Below are positions 1 to 8,634 of a stretch of 64,000 nucleotides of DNA, piece after piece; position 1 is the stretch's first letter; each line of letters begins with the position of its first letter. The stretch is from Ectothiorhodospiraceae bacterium. GTDB taxonomy: Bacteria > Pseudomonadota > Gammaproteobacteria > Nitrococcales > Aquisalimonadaceae. The position numbers and the translations under genes were made by a program. The stretch lies in contig PXAT01000060.1 in NCBI GenBank assembly GCA_003565775.1, forward strand, positions 14,222 to 78,221, given 5' to 3'. The notes under the pieces were generated by a model. The model was not told where the DNA came from and made no database searches. It worked only from the letters and a program-made list of their open reading frames with translations.

Positions 1-1615
1 TCGGCCCCATGCCGACCGTCGAGAACCGCTTCATCAACTCGATGTTGTCGAAACCTTCCTGGCAGGCATTGAGCAGATCCTTGAGCTGCAGGTCCTCGTC
101 GAAATCGACGAAGTTCTTGGCCTTCGGATGATCGAAGATCGGATAGGGATGACTGGGGCTGGCACCTTCATGCCGCGGCTGTTCCGGGATCTGACCTGAG
201 AAGCATGCCAGTGCAACGCATGCCGCGAGGCCCGCACGCTCGCCATCGACGAGTTGTTGCTGCAATTCGTAGACGCCGTTGACACGGCCGGCGGCGTGCA
301 CGCCGTCAGGCAGTTCAGCGGGCACGAACTGCTGCACGTGGTCGGCATAGTCCATTCTGGTCCCGGCCTGATACAGCAGATTGCCGGCCGGCGCCCAGCC
401 GACACTCATCACCAGGCCGTCACACTCGAGCCGTTCGCCGCGGGAGGCATCCAGTTCGCCCTGAGCGTTGACCGGTGCAAGCACCGCCGCGCAAAGCTCG
501 CCCTGCTTGTCGGCCATGGCCTCGTAAACGCCGCAGCCCCGGCGCACAGTCACCCCGGCCTGCTCCACCAGTGTGGCCAGCGGACCGGTCTCGCCCTCGG
601 GACGGAGGTCCGCCACGGTCGCCACCTCGATACCGGCCGCAATCAGATCCAGTGCCACGCGGTAGCCGTCACTGTTGGCAACCAGAACCACGGCGCGCCG
701 GAACGGCCGGACCGCATAGCGATGCAGCAGGCGCTGCACACCGGAGCCGAACATCACACCGGGCAGGTCATTGCCGTGAAAAACTGCCGGCTGTTCGAAA
801 CAGCCGCTGGCCACCACGACCTGTCTCGCACGCATCTTGGTCAGGCGGACGTCGTCGACTAGTGCCACCCAGTTGTCCGCGTAATACCCAGCGGCGGTGG
901 TGGACATGCGCATATCGATCAGGGATTCGGCCGCCACGCGCCGGAGCAGTTCGTCCCGGATGCCCGCGGCGCCGTCGTCACCCGCCCACTGATGGGTCAG
1001 TGAGCCGCCGGCGCGGGCATTCTCGTCGACCACCACGACCCGGGCACCCCTGGATGCCGCGGCCAGGGCCGCCGACAGTCCCGCAGGGCCGGCACCGATC
1101 ACCAGTACGTCGCAAAAGTCGTAGCGTTTGGGAGTTTCCGCCCGCGGCGCGTCGCGCTTGATGGTGCCGAGGCCTGCCAGGGCGCGGATGCGCCGCTCCC
1201 AGAAAGGAAACAACCGCCGCGGCCGATGAAAGGTCTTGTAATAGAAGCCGACCGGCAGAAACTTCGCCAGGCGATTGATATGGCGATTGCGATCCGAACC
1301 CAGACCACCCTCGGTGTTGACCGCTTTCAGGGTCAGGCCGTCGTGGATCGGCAGTACATCACCGCGCAGATTGGTGCGGGCGCCGTCATCCACCATGACG
1401 TTGACGTCGTGGTTGGCAACGCTGAGCGGGCCGCGCTGGCGGTGATACTTGAAACTGCGGCCGAGCGTGCGGACGCCGGCAGCCACCAGGGCACTGGTCA
1501 CCGTGTCGCCGGCGAGACCGCGATAGGTCTTGCCCTCGAAGGAGAATTCAACGACCTGGTCGCGGTTGATCCATTCTCCGGATCGGGCCGGCAAGCGTCC
1601 GGGTGCGTCAGTCAT
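1..1615 (-). CDS. soxA: Sarcosine oxidase alpha subunit, N-terminal part (3' end beyond left edge)
   Basis: Absent from the ORF track because it runs off the edge. My own minus-strand translation from ATG 1615 gives MTDAPGRLPARSGEWINRDQVVEFSFEGKTYRGLAGDTVTSALVAAGVRTLGRSFKYHRQRGP..., later YDFCDVLVIGAGPAGLSAALAAA (GxGxxG), and is open down to position 1. The ATG overlaps the soxD stop (ATGACTGA). Gene order is soxB-D-A. Confidence 0.8.
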   Translation of the reverse strand, partial: MTDAPGRLPARSGEWINRDQVVEFSFEGKTYRGLAGDTVTSALVAAGVRTLGRSFKYHRQRGPLSVANHDVNVMVDDGARTNLRGDVLPIHDGLTLKAVNTEGGLGSDRNRHINRLAKFLPVGFYYKTFHRPRRLFPFWERRIRALAGLGTIKRDAPRAETPKRYDFCDVLVIGAGPAGLSAALAAASRGARVVVVDENARAGGSLTHQWAGDDGAAGIRDELLRRVAAESLIDMRMSTTAAGYYADNWVALVDDVRLTKMRARQVVVASGCFEQPAVFHGNDLPGVMFGSGVQRLLHRYAVRPFRRAVVLVANSDGYRVALDLIAAGIEVATVADLRPEGETGPLATLVEQAGVTVRRGCGVYEAMADKQGELCAAVLAPVNAQGELDASRGERLECDGLVMSVGWAPAGNLLYQAGTRMDYADHVQQFVPAELPDGVHAAGRVNGVYELQQQLVDGERAGLAACVALACFSGQIPEQPRHEGASPSHPYPIFDHPKAKNFVDFDEDLQLKDLLNACQEGFDNIELMKRFSTVGMGP

Positions 1616-1877
1616 GCGGCTGCTCTCCTTCGTTGTACAGATAGGTCCGCAGGAAACGGTCACGCAACGTGTCCCGCTCGGCCACGAACCAGACGCCACT
1701 GGCCAGGTGGTACCACCACTCGCGCTTCACGCCGGGCGCACCGTCACGATTGAACACGTAGTCACCCCATTCGGTGTCGCTGGCGGTAGCCGGGTCCGGC
1801 ATCTCGCGGAAGGCACCGCCGTAGGCGAACTCCTGCATCGGGCGCGGGCCGTTGACCGGGCAATGGATGATTTTCAT
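1608..1877 (-). CDS. soxD: Sarcosine oxidase delta subunit
   Basis: 89-aa ORF starting MKIIHCPVNGPRPMQEFAYGG, wedged between soxB and soxA with overlapping or near-abutting junctions. Confidence 0.85.
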   Translation of the reverse strand: MKIIHCPVNGPRPMQEFAYGGAFREMPDPATASDTEWGDYVFNRDGAPGVKREWWYHLASGVWFVAERDTLRDRFLRTYLYNEGEQPHD

Positions 1878-1896
1878 CGAATGACTCCTTGCACGC

Positions 1897-3138
1897 TCAG
1901 TGGCCCACCGAGGCCGCGCCCTTCTCGCCCACGAGCTGGTAGTTCTCGAAGCGGGACAGGGAAAAGGGCTCGATCAGTTCGTGAGGACGATCGTTGGCGA
2001 CGGTGTAGGACATGGTCTTGCCGCAGACCGGCGTTGCCTTGAAGCCCCAGGTTCCCCAGCCGGCATCCAGATAGAGGCCGTCGATGGGGGTCAGCCCCAT
2101 CACCGGCGCGAAATCCGGCGTCATGTCGGCCATCCCCGCCCACTGGCGGTTGACCTTGATCTCGGAGAGGAACGGGAACATGTCCAGCAGATGGCCCGAC
2201 AGCGATTCGGTGAAATCGAGTGTCGATCGTGTGGAATGCAGTTCGTAGGGATCCAGTGCCGAGCCCATGACCAGTTCGCCACGGGACGACTGGCTCACGT
2301 ACACATGCAGGGTTGCCGATACCAGGATCGTGTCCAGCCAGGGCTTCAGCGGCTCGGTGACGCAGGCCTGCAAGGGCTGGATCGTGATCGGCGTGCGCAG
2401 TCCCACCATCTCGGTGATGCGCGGGGTAAAGCCGGCCACCGCCGAGACCACCTTGCCGGTGTGGATGAAGCCCTTGTCCGTCTCCACGCCGACGACCTTG
2501 CCGCCTTCCACGCGGATGTCGTTCACGCGCGTCTTCTGGTGAATCTCGACGCCGCGCTTGTCGGCACCGCGGCCGTATCCCCAGGCCACCGCGTCATGCC
2601 GTGCCACCGCGCCCGGCGCATGGTAGAGCGCGCCCATGATCGGCAGGTGCCCGCCGCAGTCCAGGTCGAGTTCCGGGCAGGCTTCATGAATGGTCTCGCG
2701 GTCCACGACCTCGCTGTCGACACCCATGTGCTTGTTCACTTCGGCGCGCCAGCGCATCGTGTTCAGGGCGCTGTCGGTGTGGGCGAAGGTGAAGTGACCG
2801 CGCTCCGAGTAGAACAGGTTGAGGTCGAAGTCCTCGGAGAGGTCCTTGAACAGTCGCACGCTCTCGTCATAGAAGCGCACGCCTTCCGGGGTCAGATAAT
2901 TCGAGCGGATGATGGTGGTGTTGCGTCCGGTGTTGCCACCACCGATATAGCCCTGCTCCAGCACCGCAACATTGGTGATGCCGTGGTCGCGGGCCAGGTA
3001 GTAGGCGCAGGCAAGTCCATGCCCGCCAGCGCCGATAATGACCACATCGTAGGACGACTTCAGTGCGTCCGGTTCCCGGAACATTCTTGGTTCCGGGTGT
3101 TTCTTGTTCAGCGCGAAACGCAGCAGGCCCAAGGGCAT
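1897..3138 (-). CDS. soxB: Sarcosine oxidase beta subunit (FAD)
   Basis: Track ORF is 1897-3234. FAD fold YDVVIIGAGGHGLACAYYLA. Start moved to ATG 3138 (MPLGLLRF...), which has a GGAGA RBS 8 nt upstream. A -24/-12 element lies inside the longer ORF. Confidence 0.85.
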   Translation of the reverse strand: MPLGLLRFALNKKHPEPRMFREPDALKSSYDVVIIGAGGHGLACAYYLARDHGITNVAVLEQGYIGGGNTGRNTTIIRSNYLTPEGVRFYDESVRLFKDLSEDFDLNLFYSERGHFTFAHTDSALNTMRWRAEVNKHMGVDSEVVDRETIHEACPELDLDCGGHLPIMGALYHAPGAVARHDAVAWGYGRGADKRGVEIHQKTRVNDIRVEGGKVVGVETDKGFIHTGKVVSAVAGFTPRITEMVGLRTPITIQPLQACVTEPLKPWLDTILVSATLHVYVSQSSRGELVMGSALDPYELHSTRSTLDFTESLSGHLLDMFPFLSEIKVNRQWAGMADMTPDFAPVMGLTPIDGLYLDAGWGTWGFKATPVCGKTMSYTVANDRPHELIEPFSLSRFENYQLVGEKGAASVGH

Positions 3139-3217
3139 TTGATCGTTCTCCAGTCCGGCATTGTCAGAGCAAGTGAAGCACAGAACTTTCACCGTGGGAA
3201 ACTTTGTTTCGGTTAGA

Positions 3218-3233
3218 TACAACTTGCATGCCA
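3218..3233 (-). promoter_or_regulatory. Candidate sigma54 (-24/-12) promoter of soxBDA
   Basis: Minus strand reads TGGCATGCAAGTTGTA (GG-N10-GT; -12 is TTGT, not TTGC). It shares CTTGGCAT with the promoter at 7628-7643. It lies about 80 nt upstream of ATG 3138 and next to a sigma54 activator gene. Confidence 0.4.
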
Positions 3234-3532
3234 AGTCCGCGCGTTGTGGCAGGGAATCGCCAACGTCCCGGTTTCAGGCGGGCAAAGCACAGGTGTCATG
3301 CCCGCGAGGAATGCGAACGAAGAAGACATAACGTGACACTCTGTGTCATTTGCATGTCATTTGACCCATTTATGGGATTTCCGAGAGGCAAAAGCTCGAA
3401 TTCTTCCGAGCCTCCAGCCGAAATGCCGCGACAGATTCCTTCCGGACTGCGTCATGTAGCAAACTGTGACATTCTGCGGAAATCGACCGTCTCCGGTCGC
3501 ACGCGACGACCAGTGATCATGAGACTCCTGCC

Positions 3533-5470
3533 ATGAAACCTCGCATCGAAGACCCCGCGGAATCTGCAACCGGGTCGGAAGCCCCCCGCCTGGCGCGCGC
3601 ATGGGAGCGTTGTCGGCTTGCCGGACTGGATCCAGCCGACACCCCGCCACCTGCGGTTGCCGACACCGGAGAAAGGCTTCGCCGACAACGCTGCATGCAC
3701 GGCGTGCTCGAGGCGACCCGGATTGAACTGGTGAGCCTTGTCCGCCATATCGGCGGTAGCGGGCATGTCCTGCTGGTCACGGATGCCGGAGGCTTCATTC
3801 TCGATTACTACGGCGATCGGCAATTTAACGATACCGCCCGGCAGCTCGGACTCGTCCTCGGTGCCTGCTGGAGTGAACAGGCCATGGGTGTGCAGGCGAT
3901 TGGGCTTTGCCTGGCTGATCGACTGCCGGTTCAGATCACCGGTGCCGAGCACTATCGTCGCGATCTCGCGCCGTTAACCGGCTCGTCGACACCATTGTTC
4001 AGTCCGGCGGGAGAGCTGCTCGGGGGACTCCACGCGGTGGCGTCGCACGAGCAGGCCAATCCCCATACCCTGGCGCTGCTCCGGCTGACCTCGGATGCCA
4101 TCGAAAAACGCGTCCTTCTGGAGCGACCGGGAGCGGAGCAGGTGGTACTGCAGTTCCACAGTCGTCCCGAACTCGTTGGCGCCCCGGGCGAGGGTCTGCT
4201 GCTGGTAGACGCCGACGACCGTATCGCCGGAGCCACCGGGACCGCGTGTTTTCATCTGGGTCTGGCCGCTATCGCCGACCTGACAGGGCATACGGTCAGC
4301 GAAACCTTCAACATCCGTTGCGACGAGTTACCGCATGGAGGCGCGCGGGCTGGCCCCAGGGCGATTTACGAGACGCGGGCCGGGCGACGCTTTTATGCCA
4401 GCCTTCGGCCAGGCGGCGCGGGCGCCGCGGCAACGCAGCCCACGATGCGCAAACGCCGTCCGTCCCGTGGCCGAGCAACGCCGTCGAGGCTCGATGATCT
4501 GGACCTGGGCGACCCGACCATGACAGAGAACATCCGCCGCGCGCGGCGGGTGCTGGATCATGAGCTGCCGATTCTCATTCAGGGCGAGACGGGCACCGGC
4601 AAGGAAGTCTTTTCCAAGGCCATGCATGAGGCCAGCAGCCGTGCCGGACGCAATTACGTCGCCGTCAACTGTGCGTCGATTCCCGAAACCCTGATCGAGA
4701 GCGAGCTGTTCGGTTACAAGGGCGGGGCCTTTACCGGCGCGAGCCGCGAAGGCAACAGGGGAAAGATCGTCCAGGCGGACGGCGGCACGCTGTTCCTGGA
4801 CGAAATCGGTGACATGCCCCTCCCCCTGCAGGGCCGTCTGCTGCGCGTCCTCGAGGAGCGCGAAGTTCTGCCGCTGGGCAGCAACAACCCGATCAAGGTG
4901 GACATCCGGCTGGTCAGCGCCACGCATCGCGATCTGCAACAGCTGATCGCGGAAGGCACTTTTCGTGAAGACCTCTATTACCGCCTTCAGGGGGTGACCA
5001 TCAGTCTCCCTCCGTTACGGCAGCGCAGCGATCGCCGGGCCCTGATCGTGCATCTGTTGCGTCTGTTGAATCAGGGCGAGGCGGTGACCGTCGAACCGAT
5101 GGCGCTGGACGCTCTGGACCGCTACCACTGGCCGGGCAATATCCGCCAGTTGTTCAACGTGCTGCGCATCGCACTGGCACTCCGCGAGGGGATCAGCATC
5201 CGCCATGCCGACCTGCCGACCGAAATCCGCGAGGGCACGGAACCGACGCCAGGGGCGGCAACCGGCGAAGCGCGGGACCGCGAGGAGGCGACGCCGGTCC
5301 CGCGCGAGCAAGGGAATCCGTTGCAGGACGCCGAGCGGGAAGTGCTGCTGGCCGCACTGGAGCGGCACTACTGGAACATCACGGACATCGCACGCAGCTT
5401 CAATGTCAGTCGCAATACGATCTATCGCAAGATGAAGGCACATAACATACGACCGCCCCGGGCGCGGTGA
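3533..5470 (+). CDS. Sigma54-dependent transcriptional activator, AcoR-like (N-terminal sensory domain, AAA+, C-terminal HTH)
   Basis: 645 aa. Walker A GETGTGKEVFSKAMH, ESELFGYKGGAFTGA (GAFTGA loop), and C-terminal Fis-type HTH SRNTIYRKMKAH. Confidence 0.85.
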   Translation: MKPRIEDPAESATGSEAPRLARAWERCRLAGLDPADTPPPAVADTGERLRRQRCMHGVLEATRIELVSLVRHIGGSGHVLLVTDAGGFILDYYGDRQFNDTARQLGLVLGACWSEQAMGVQAIGLCLADRLPVQITGAEHYRRDLAPLTGSSTPLFSPAGELLGGLHAVASHEQANPHTLALLRLTSDAIEKRVLLERPGAEQVVLQFHSRPELVGAPGEGLLLVDADDRIAGATGTACFHLGLAAIADLTGHTVSETFNIRCDELPHGGARAGPRAIYETRAGRRFYASLRPGGAGAAATQPTMRKRRPSRGRATPSRLDDLDLGDPTMTENIRRARRVLDHELPILIQGETGTGKEVFSKAMHEASSRAGRNYVAVNCASIPETLIESELFGYKGGAFTGASREGNRGKIVQADGGTLFLDEIGDMPLPLQGRLLRVLEEREVLPLGSNNPIKVDIRLVSATHRDLQQLIAEGTFREDLYYRLQGVTISLPPLRQRSDRRALIVHLLRLLNQGEAVTVEPMALDALDRYHWPGNIRQLFNVLRIALALREGISIRHADLPTEIREGTEPTPGAATGEARDREEATPVPREQGNPLQDAEREVLLAALERHYWNITDIARSFNVSRNTIYRKMKAHNIRPPRAR

Positions 5471-5491
5471 CCGTGTCCCCGGGCGCAGGAT

Positions 5492-6271
5492 TCAAACAGG
5501 CAGATGCGTGATATCGGTAATGAAGCCTTCCAGTTCACTGACCTCGCCATGGGCATCACGCACCCCGCACCCCTGATCCAGAACGCGTTTCTCCTCGCCG
5601 GCCGCCGTCACCACCCGATACACCAGACGAAACGGTTCGTCGGCAGTCACTGCCGCCCGCACCTGCTGCAATGCGGGTTCAAGATCCGCGGCGGGCACCA
5701 GATCAGCGTAGGCAATGGCGCGGCTGTAGAGCAGTTCGGACGAGGCATACCCGGTCAGCTCGAAACAACCGTCACTGACGAAATGCATGTCCCATTGCCG
5801 GCTATGACTACAACGATAGGCCATTCCCTGCAGGTTGCTCACGAGACGGGCCAGTGACCCGAGGCCGTCACTGAGACGCTGCTCGGCACGCTTGCGCTCG
5901 CTGATGTCCACTGCCGTCCAGACGCGAACCGCACGTCCCGCAAACCGCCTCGGGCAGACGCTGATGCTGAACCAGTGGTCCTCGCCCCCCGGCACGCGTA
6001 ACCGGATCTGGCGACGCCGGAGCACGCTATCGGGGCTGACCGTGGATCGCAGCAGTTCGTCGAACGCCGCATGGTCGTCATTGCAAACCCGGTCGGCGAA
6101 GGTGGTGAGATCGGCCGCGTGGTGTGCCAGCAGACACCGTGCCGGTTGGTTGGCATGGGGGATGGCGGCACCGTCGCTGATAAACACGGCTGCATCGACG
6201 GCGTTGAGCAACTGCCCGAATTCTTCCTCCCCGGTCTGCGTCGACTGCAGCCCGACGGCACCCTGTGACAT
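5492..6271 (-). CDS. PAS-domain protein without output domain (two PAS modules)
   Basis: Track ORF is 5492-6496. Start moved to ATG 6271 (MSQGAV...) with a GAGGAA RBS, downstream of the terminator at 6339-6368. PAS signature SNLQGMAYRCSHSRQWDMHFVSDGCFELTGY. No kinase, GGDEF or HTH domain. Confidence 0.7.
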   Translation of the reverse strand: MSQGAVGLQSTQTGEEEFGQLLNAVDAAVFISDGAAIPHANQPARCLLAHHAADLTTFADRVCNDDHAAFDELLRSTVSPDSVLRRRQIRLRVPGGEDHWFSISVCPRRFAGRAVRVWTAVDISERKRAEQRLSDGLGSLARLVSNLQGMAYRCSHSRQWDMHFVSDGCFELTGYASSELLYSRAIAYADLVPAADLEPALQQVRAAVTADEPFRLVYRVVTAAGEEKRVLDQGCGVRDAHGEVSELEGFITDITHLPV

Positions 6272-6338
6272 GAGCGTTTTCCTCTTATCCGGCCACATCG
6301 ACACTATTCCACGTTCGCACCGCCTGCGTCTCTCCGGA

Positions 6339-6368
6339 CAAAAAAAGGACGACCCGCAGGCCGTCCTG
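6339..6368 (-). terminator. Rho-independent terminator after the GcvT-family gene
   Basis: Minus strand reads AGGACG-GCCTGCGGGT-CGTCCT followed by TTTTTTTG, about 55 nt after the stop at 6423. Confidence 0.7.
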
Positions 6369-6422
6369 AAAAAGAAGGAGGGAATGGTGATGCGGGCGCC
6401 ACATGGTGTCGACGCCCTGAAC

Positions 6423-7553
6423 TTACCCCACGGTCCGCAGACGCATGGGATCGTAGAAAGGCGTCTGCACGACGCGGGCGGCATAGCGCTTGCCACCGCT
6501 TTCCACCTCTACCTCGGTGCCGATGGCAGAAGCACCATGGTCGAGATGAACCAGTGCCAGCGACTGCATCAGATGCTGGCTGTAAACCGGGCTGTTGACG
6601 CGGCCCACATCCTTGCCGTCATGGAAGATCCGGTCACCGATTTCCACCGCGTCGTCGTGCTGCACGACGATCCCGGCCTGGGTGAACCGTTCCTTGCCCC
6701 GGGCTGCCAGGCAGGCGGCCTTGCCGCGCCATTCGCCCTTCTCCGAGACCGACCAGCCATAGTTGATTTCCCACGGCGTGGTGTCCCCCTGGGGCATGTC
6801 GAAGGGAAAGAACAGCAGCGCCGCCTCGATCCTGGAGATATCCAGTGCCGTCCAGGAACAGGGCATGACACCGTGCTCGGCGCCCTTCTCCAGAATGGTG
6901 TCCCAGAGATCCACTGCATCCGCCGCGGCACAGTAGATTTCAAAGCCGCGCTCACCGGAATAACCGCCACGACTGATGATGACCTGGCGGCCGAACAGCG
7001 TGCAGGGCGTGTGGCGGAAGTATTTGAGCGCAGCCAGATCGGCGTCACAGTGCGGATCCAGGATGGCCAGCGAGCGCGGCCCCTGCAGGGACAGGATGTG
7101 GGTGTCCTCGTCCACTTCGATCTGCACGTCCCGGCCCCTGGCGCTGTTCGCCAGGTTCTGCGGAGTCTCGCCTTCACCGTGAGTCAGACGGAACTCATCA
7201 GCCGCGTCGCGGATAACCATCACGTCGTCCACGATGTGACCCTGCTCGTTCAATTCGCTGCCGATGGCCGCCTGGCCGGGCTTGAGCGCCGTGCAGTCGC
7301 AGCTCACCAGATGGTCCACCACTGCTTCGGCGTCGGCACCGCGGATATTCGCCACGTGCAGGCCGGAGACATCAAACAGACCCGCCCGCATGCGCATCAC
7401 CGCCACTTCATCGTAGGGATCCGTGTCGTAGTTCCACGGAATCAGCATGTCGTTCCAGGTGTCCCCATCCAGGCTTGAGCCCAGTTGCCGGTGGCGCTCG
7501 TTGAGTACCGATTCCCGCATTGCAGTGCTGTCTTTCCGTTGTGCGTTGGTCAT
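6423..7553 (-). CDS. GcvT-family aminomethyltransferase (tetrahydrofolate-dependent demethylase-like)
   Basis: Track ORF is 6423-7619. Start moved to ATG 7553 (MTNAQRK...) with a GGAGAA RBS. Glycine-cleavage T-protein-like sequence (..AGLFDVSGLHVANIRGADAEAVVDHLV.., ..ISRGGYSGERGFEIY..). Confidence 0.8.
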   Translation of the reverse strand: MTNAQRKDSTAMRESVLNERHRQLGSSLDGDTWNDMLIPWNYDTDPYDEVAVMRMRAGLFDVSGLHVANIRGADAEAVVDHLVSCDCTALKPGQAAIGSELNEQGHIVDDVMVIRDAADEFRLTHGEGETPQNLANSARGRDVQIEVDEDTHILSLQGPRSLAILDPHCDADLAALKYFRHTPCTLFGRQVIISRGGYSGERGFEIYCAAADAVDLWDTILEKGAEHGVMPCSWTALDISRIEAALLFFPFDMPQGDTTPWEINYGWSVSEKGEWRGKAACLAARGKERFTQAGIVVQHDDAVEIGDRIFHDGKDVGRVNSPVYSQHLMQSLALVHLDHGASAIGTEVEVESGGKRYAARVVQTPFYDPMRLRTVG

Positions 7554-7627
7554 GTTCGTCTTCTCCTGCCACTGAACCGTTGTTGACGCAGTTATCCATG
7601 ATGCTATTGCTGCGTTCATCGGGGGAA

Positions 7628-7643
7628 TGCAATGTGAATGCCA
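7628..7643 (-). promoter_or_regulatory. Candidate sigma54 (-24/-12) promoter of the GcvT-family gene
   Basis: Minus strand reads TGGCATTCACATTGCA, a full match to TGGCAY-N5-TTGCA, about 75 nt upstream of ATG 7553. Confidence 0.6.
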
Positions 7644-8006
7644 AGAAACAATCGTAGACTGCAGCGTCGGCCAGGAATGACGTAAGCAGGAGCCAGGCCA
7701 CGATCGCAGCGTGGCACTGCCCGCGGATGTGACCCGCGTTCAAGTGTCGATCGGTGACATGTCGGGTCGCAGTTACGGGACGCCTGGTACAGACTGTCAC
7801 CGGCATAACGGAGCCCTCCGCCGAGACGGCTTGCGGTAGACTTCCGGAAATCTGAACAGAACGGATCGGTGGCTCAGGTTACGGAATTCGGCCACCGGAA
7901 ACCTGGATACCCTGACCCTGAGGATCGGCAACGCGTGAAAAAAGAACCGCTTAGGGTGGACGAGACCAAGACGCTGGCGAATCGTCGTTCCCACGACAAC
8001 CGCAAG

Positions 8007-8579
8007 ATGGAACTGGAGCAGTACATCGGCAGCGTTCTCCGGGCCCGACGCATCGAGCAGTCACTCACCATTGCCGAGGTCGCCGATCGGGCGGAGCTCA
8101 GTCGCGGGATGGTGAGCAAGATCGAGAACGGTCAGGTCGCTACCAGCCTGGACTCACTGGCGAGAATCACGGCGGCGCTGGGGATGACCCTGTCGCAACT
8201 GTTCCGTGATTACGATTCGGCGGAGGCGGATGCCCAGCTGGTCAAGGCAGGCGAAGGCATGGAAGTCGTGCGCATGGGCACGCGGCGCGGCCATACCTAC
8301 CACCTGCTGGCACACCATCGTGGTCACCAGAAGAACTTCGAACCCTTTCTGATCTCCATGGACGACGAAAGCGAGGCCTTTCCCACCTTCCAGCACGAGG
8401 GGATCCAGTTGCTCCACATGCTTCAGGGCCGCATCGACTACCGGCACGGCAAACGCGTCTATGAGCTTGAAGAGGGCGACACCTTCACCTTCGATGCACG
8501 GGTGCCGCACGGTCCGGAGCGCCTGGTGAGGGTGCCGATCCGGTTTCTGGCCATCACCATCTTCGGCAACGGCGATTGA
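8007..8579 (+). CDS. XRE-family HTH regulator with C-terminal cupin domain
   Basis: Track ORF is 7869-8579; the natural start is MELEQYIGSVLRARR at 8007. HTH_3 (LTIAEVADRAELSRGMVSKIENG) plus a cupin-like C-terminus (GDTFTFDARVPHGP). Confidence 0.75.
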   Translation: MELEQYIGSVLRARRIEQSLTIAEVADRAELSRGMVSKIENGQVATSLDSLARITAALGMTLSQLFRDYDSAEADAQLVKAGEGMEVVRMGTRRGHTYHLLAHHRGHQKNFEPFLISMDDESEAFPTFQHEGIQLLHMLQGRIDYRHGKRVYELEEGDTFTFDARVPHGPERLVRVPIRFLAITIFGNGD

Positions 8580-8634
8580 GCCGGACCCTGTCAGATGACA
8601 CGGTCCGGTCGCGAACGCCGGTCACGGGAGTCGT

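Noticed and set aside
3139-3234. N-terminal extensions of track ORFs (soxB here; also the gcvT-like gene, PAS genes, porin, etfB, FNR-like gene, S2P protease, uvrC, fumC, glcB, grpE, fur, dnaK)
   Set aside because: In each case an internal start with a Shine-Dalgarno sequence gives the family-typical N-terminus. The extension also overlaps a neighbouring gene, promoter, terminator or tRNA. I treated these as longest-ORF artefacts, not unusual proteins.
3249-3264. Second possible -24/-12 element upstream of soxB (minus strand TGGCGATTCCCTGCC)
   Set aside because: The GG to GC spacing is 9, not 10, and the -12 region is poor. The 3218-3233 site is better.
5835-7478. 547-aa plus-strand ORF
   Set aside because: It is antisense to the PAS and GcvT-family genes and has no motifs. 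The minus-strand genes have RBS, promoter and terminator support.
8581-8608. CCGGACC-N14-GGTCCGG hairpin between the convergent XRE-cupin and transporter genes
   Set aside because: It is a plausible bidirectional terminator stem, but it has a large loop and no U tract, so confidence is too low to list as a feature.
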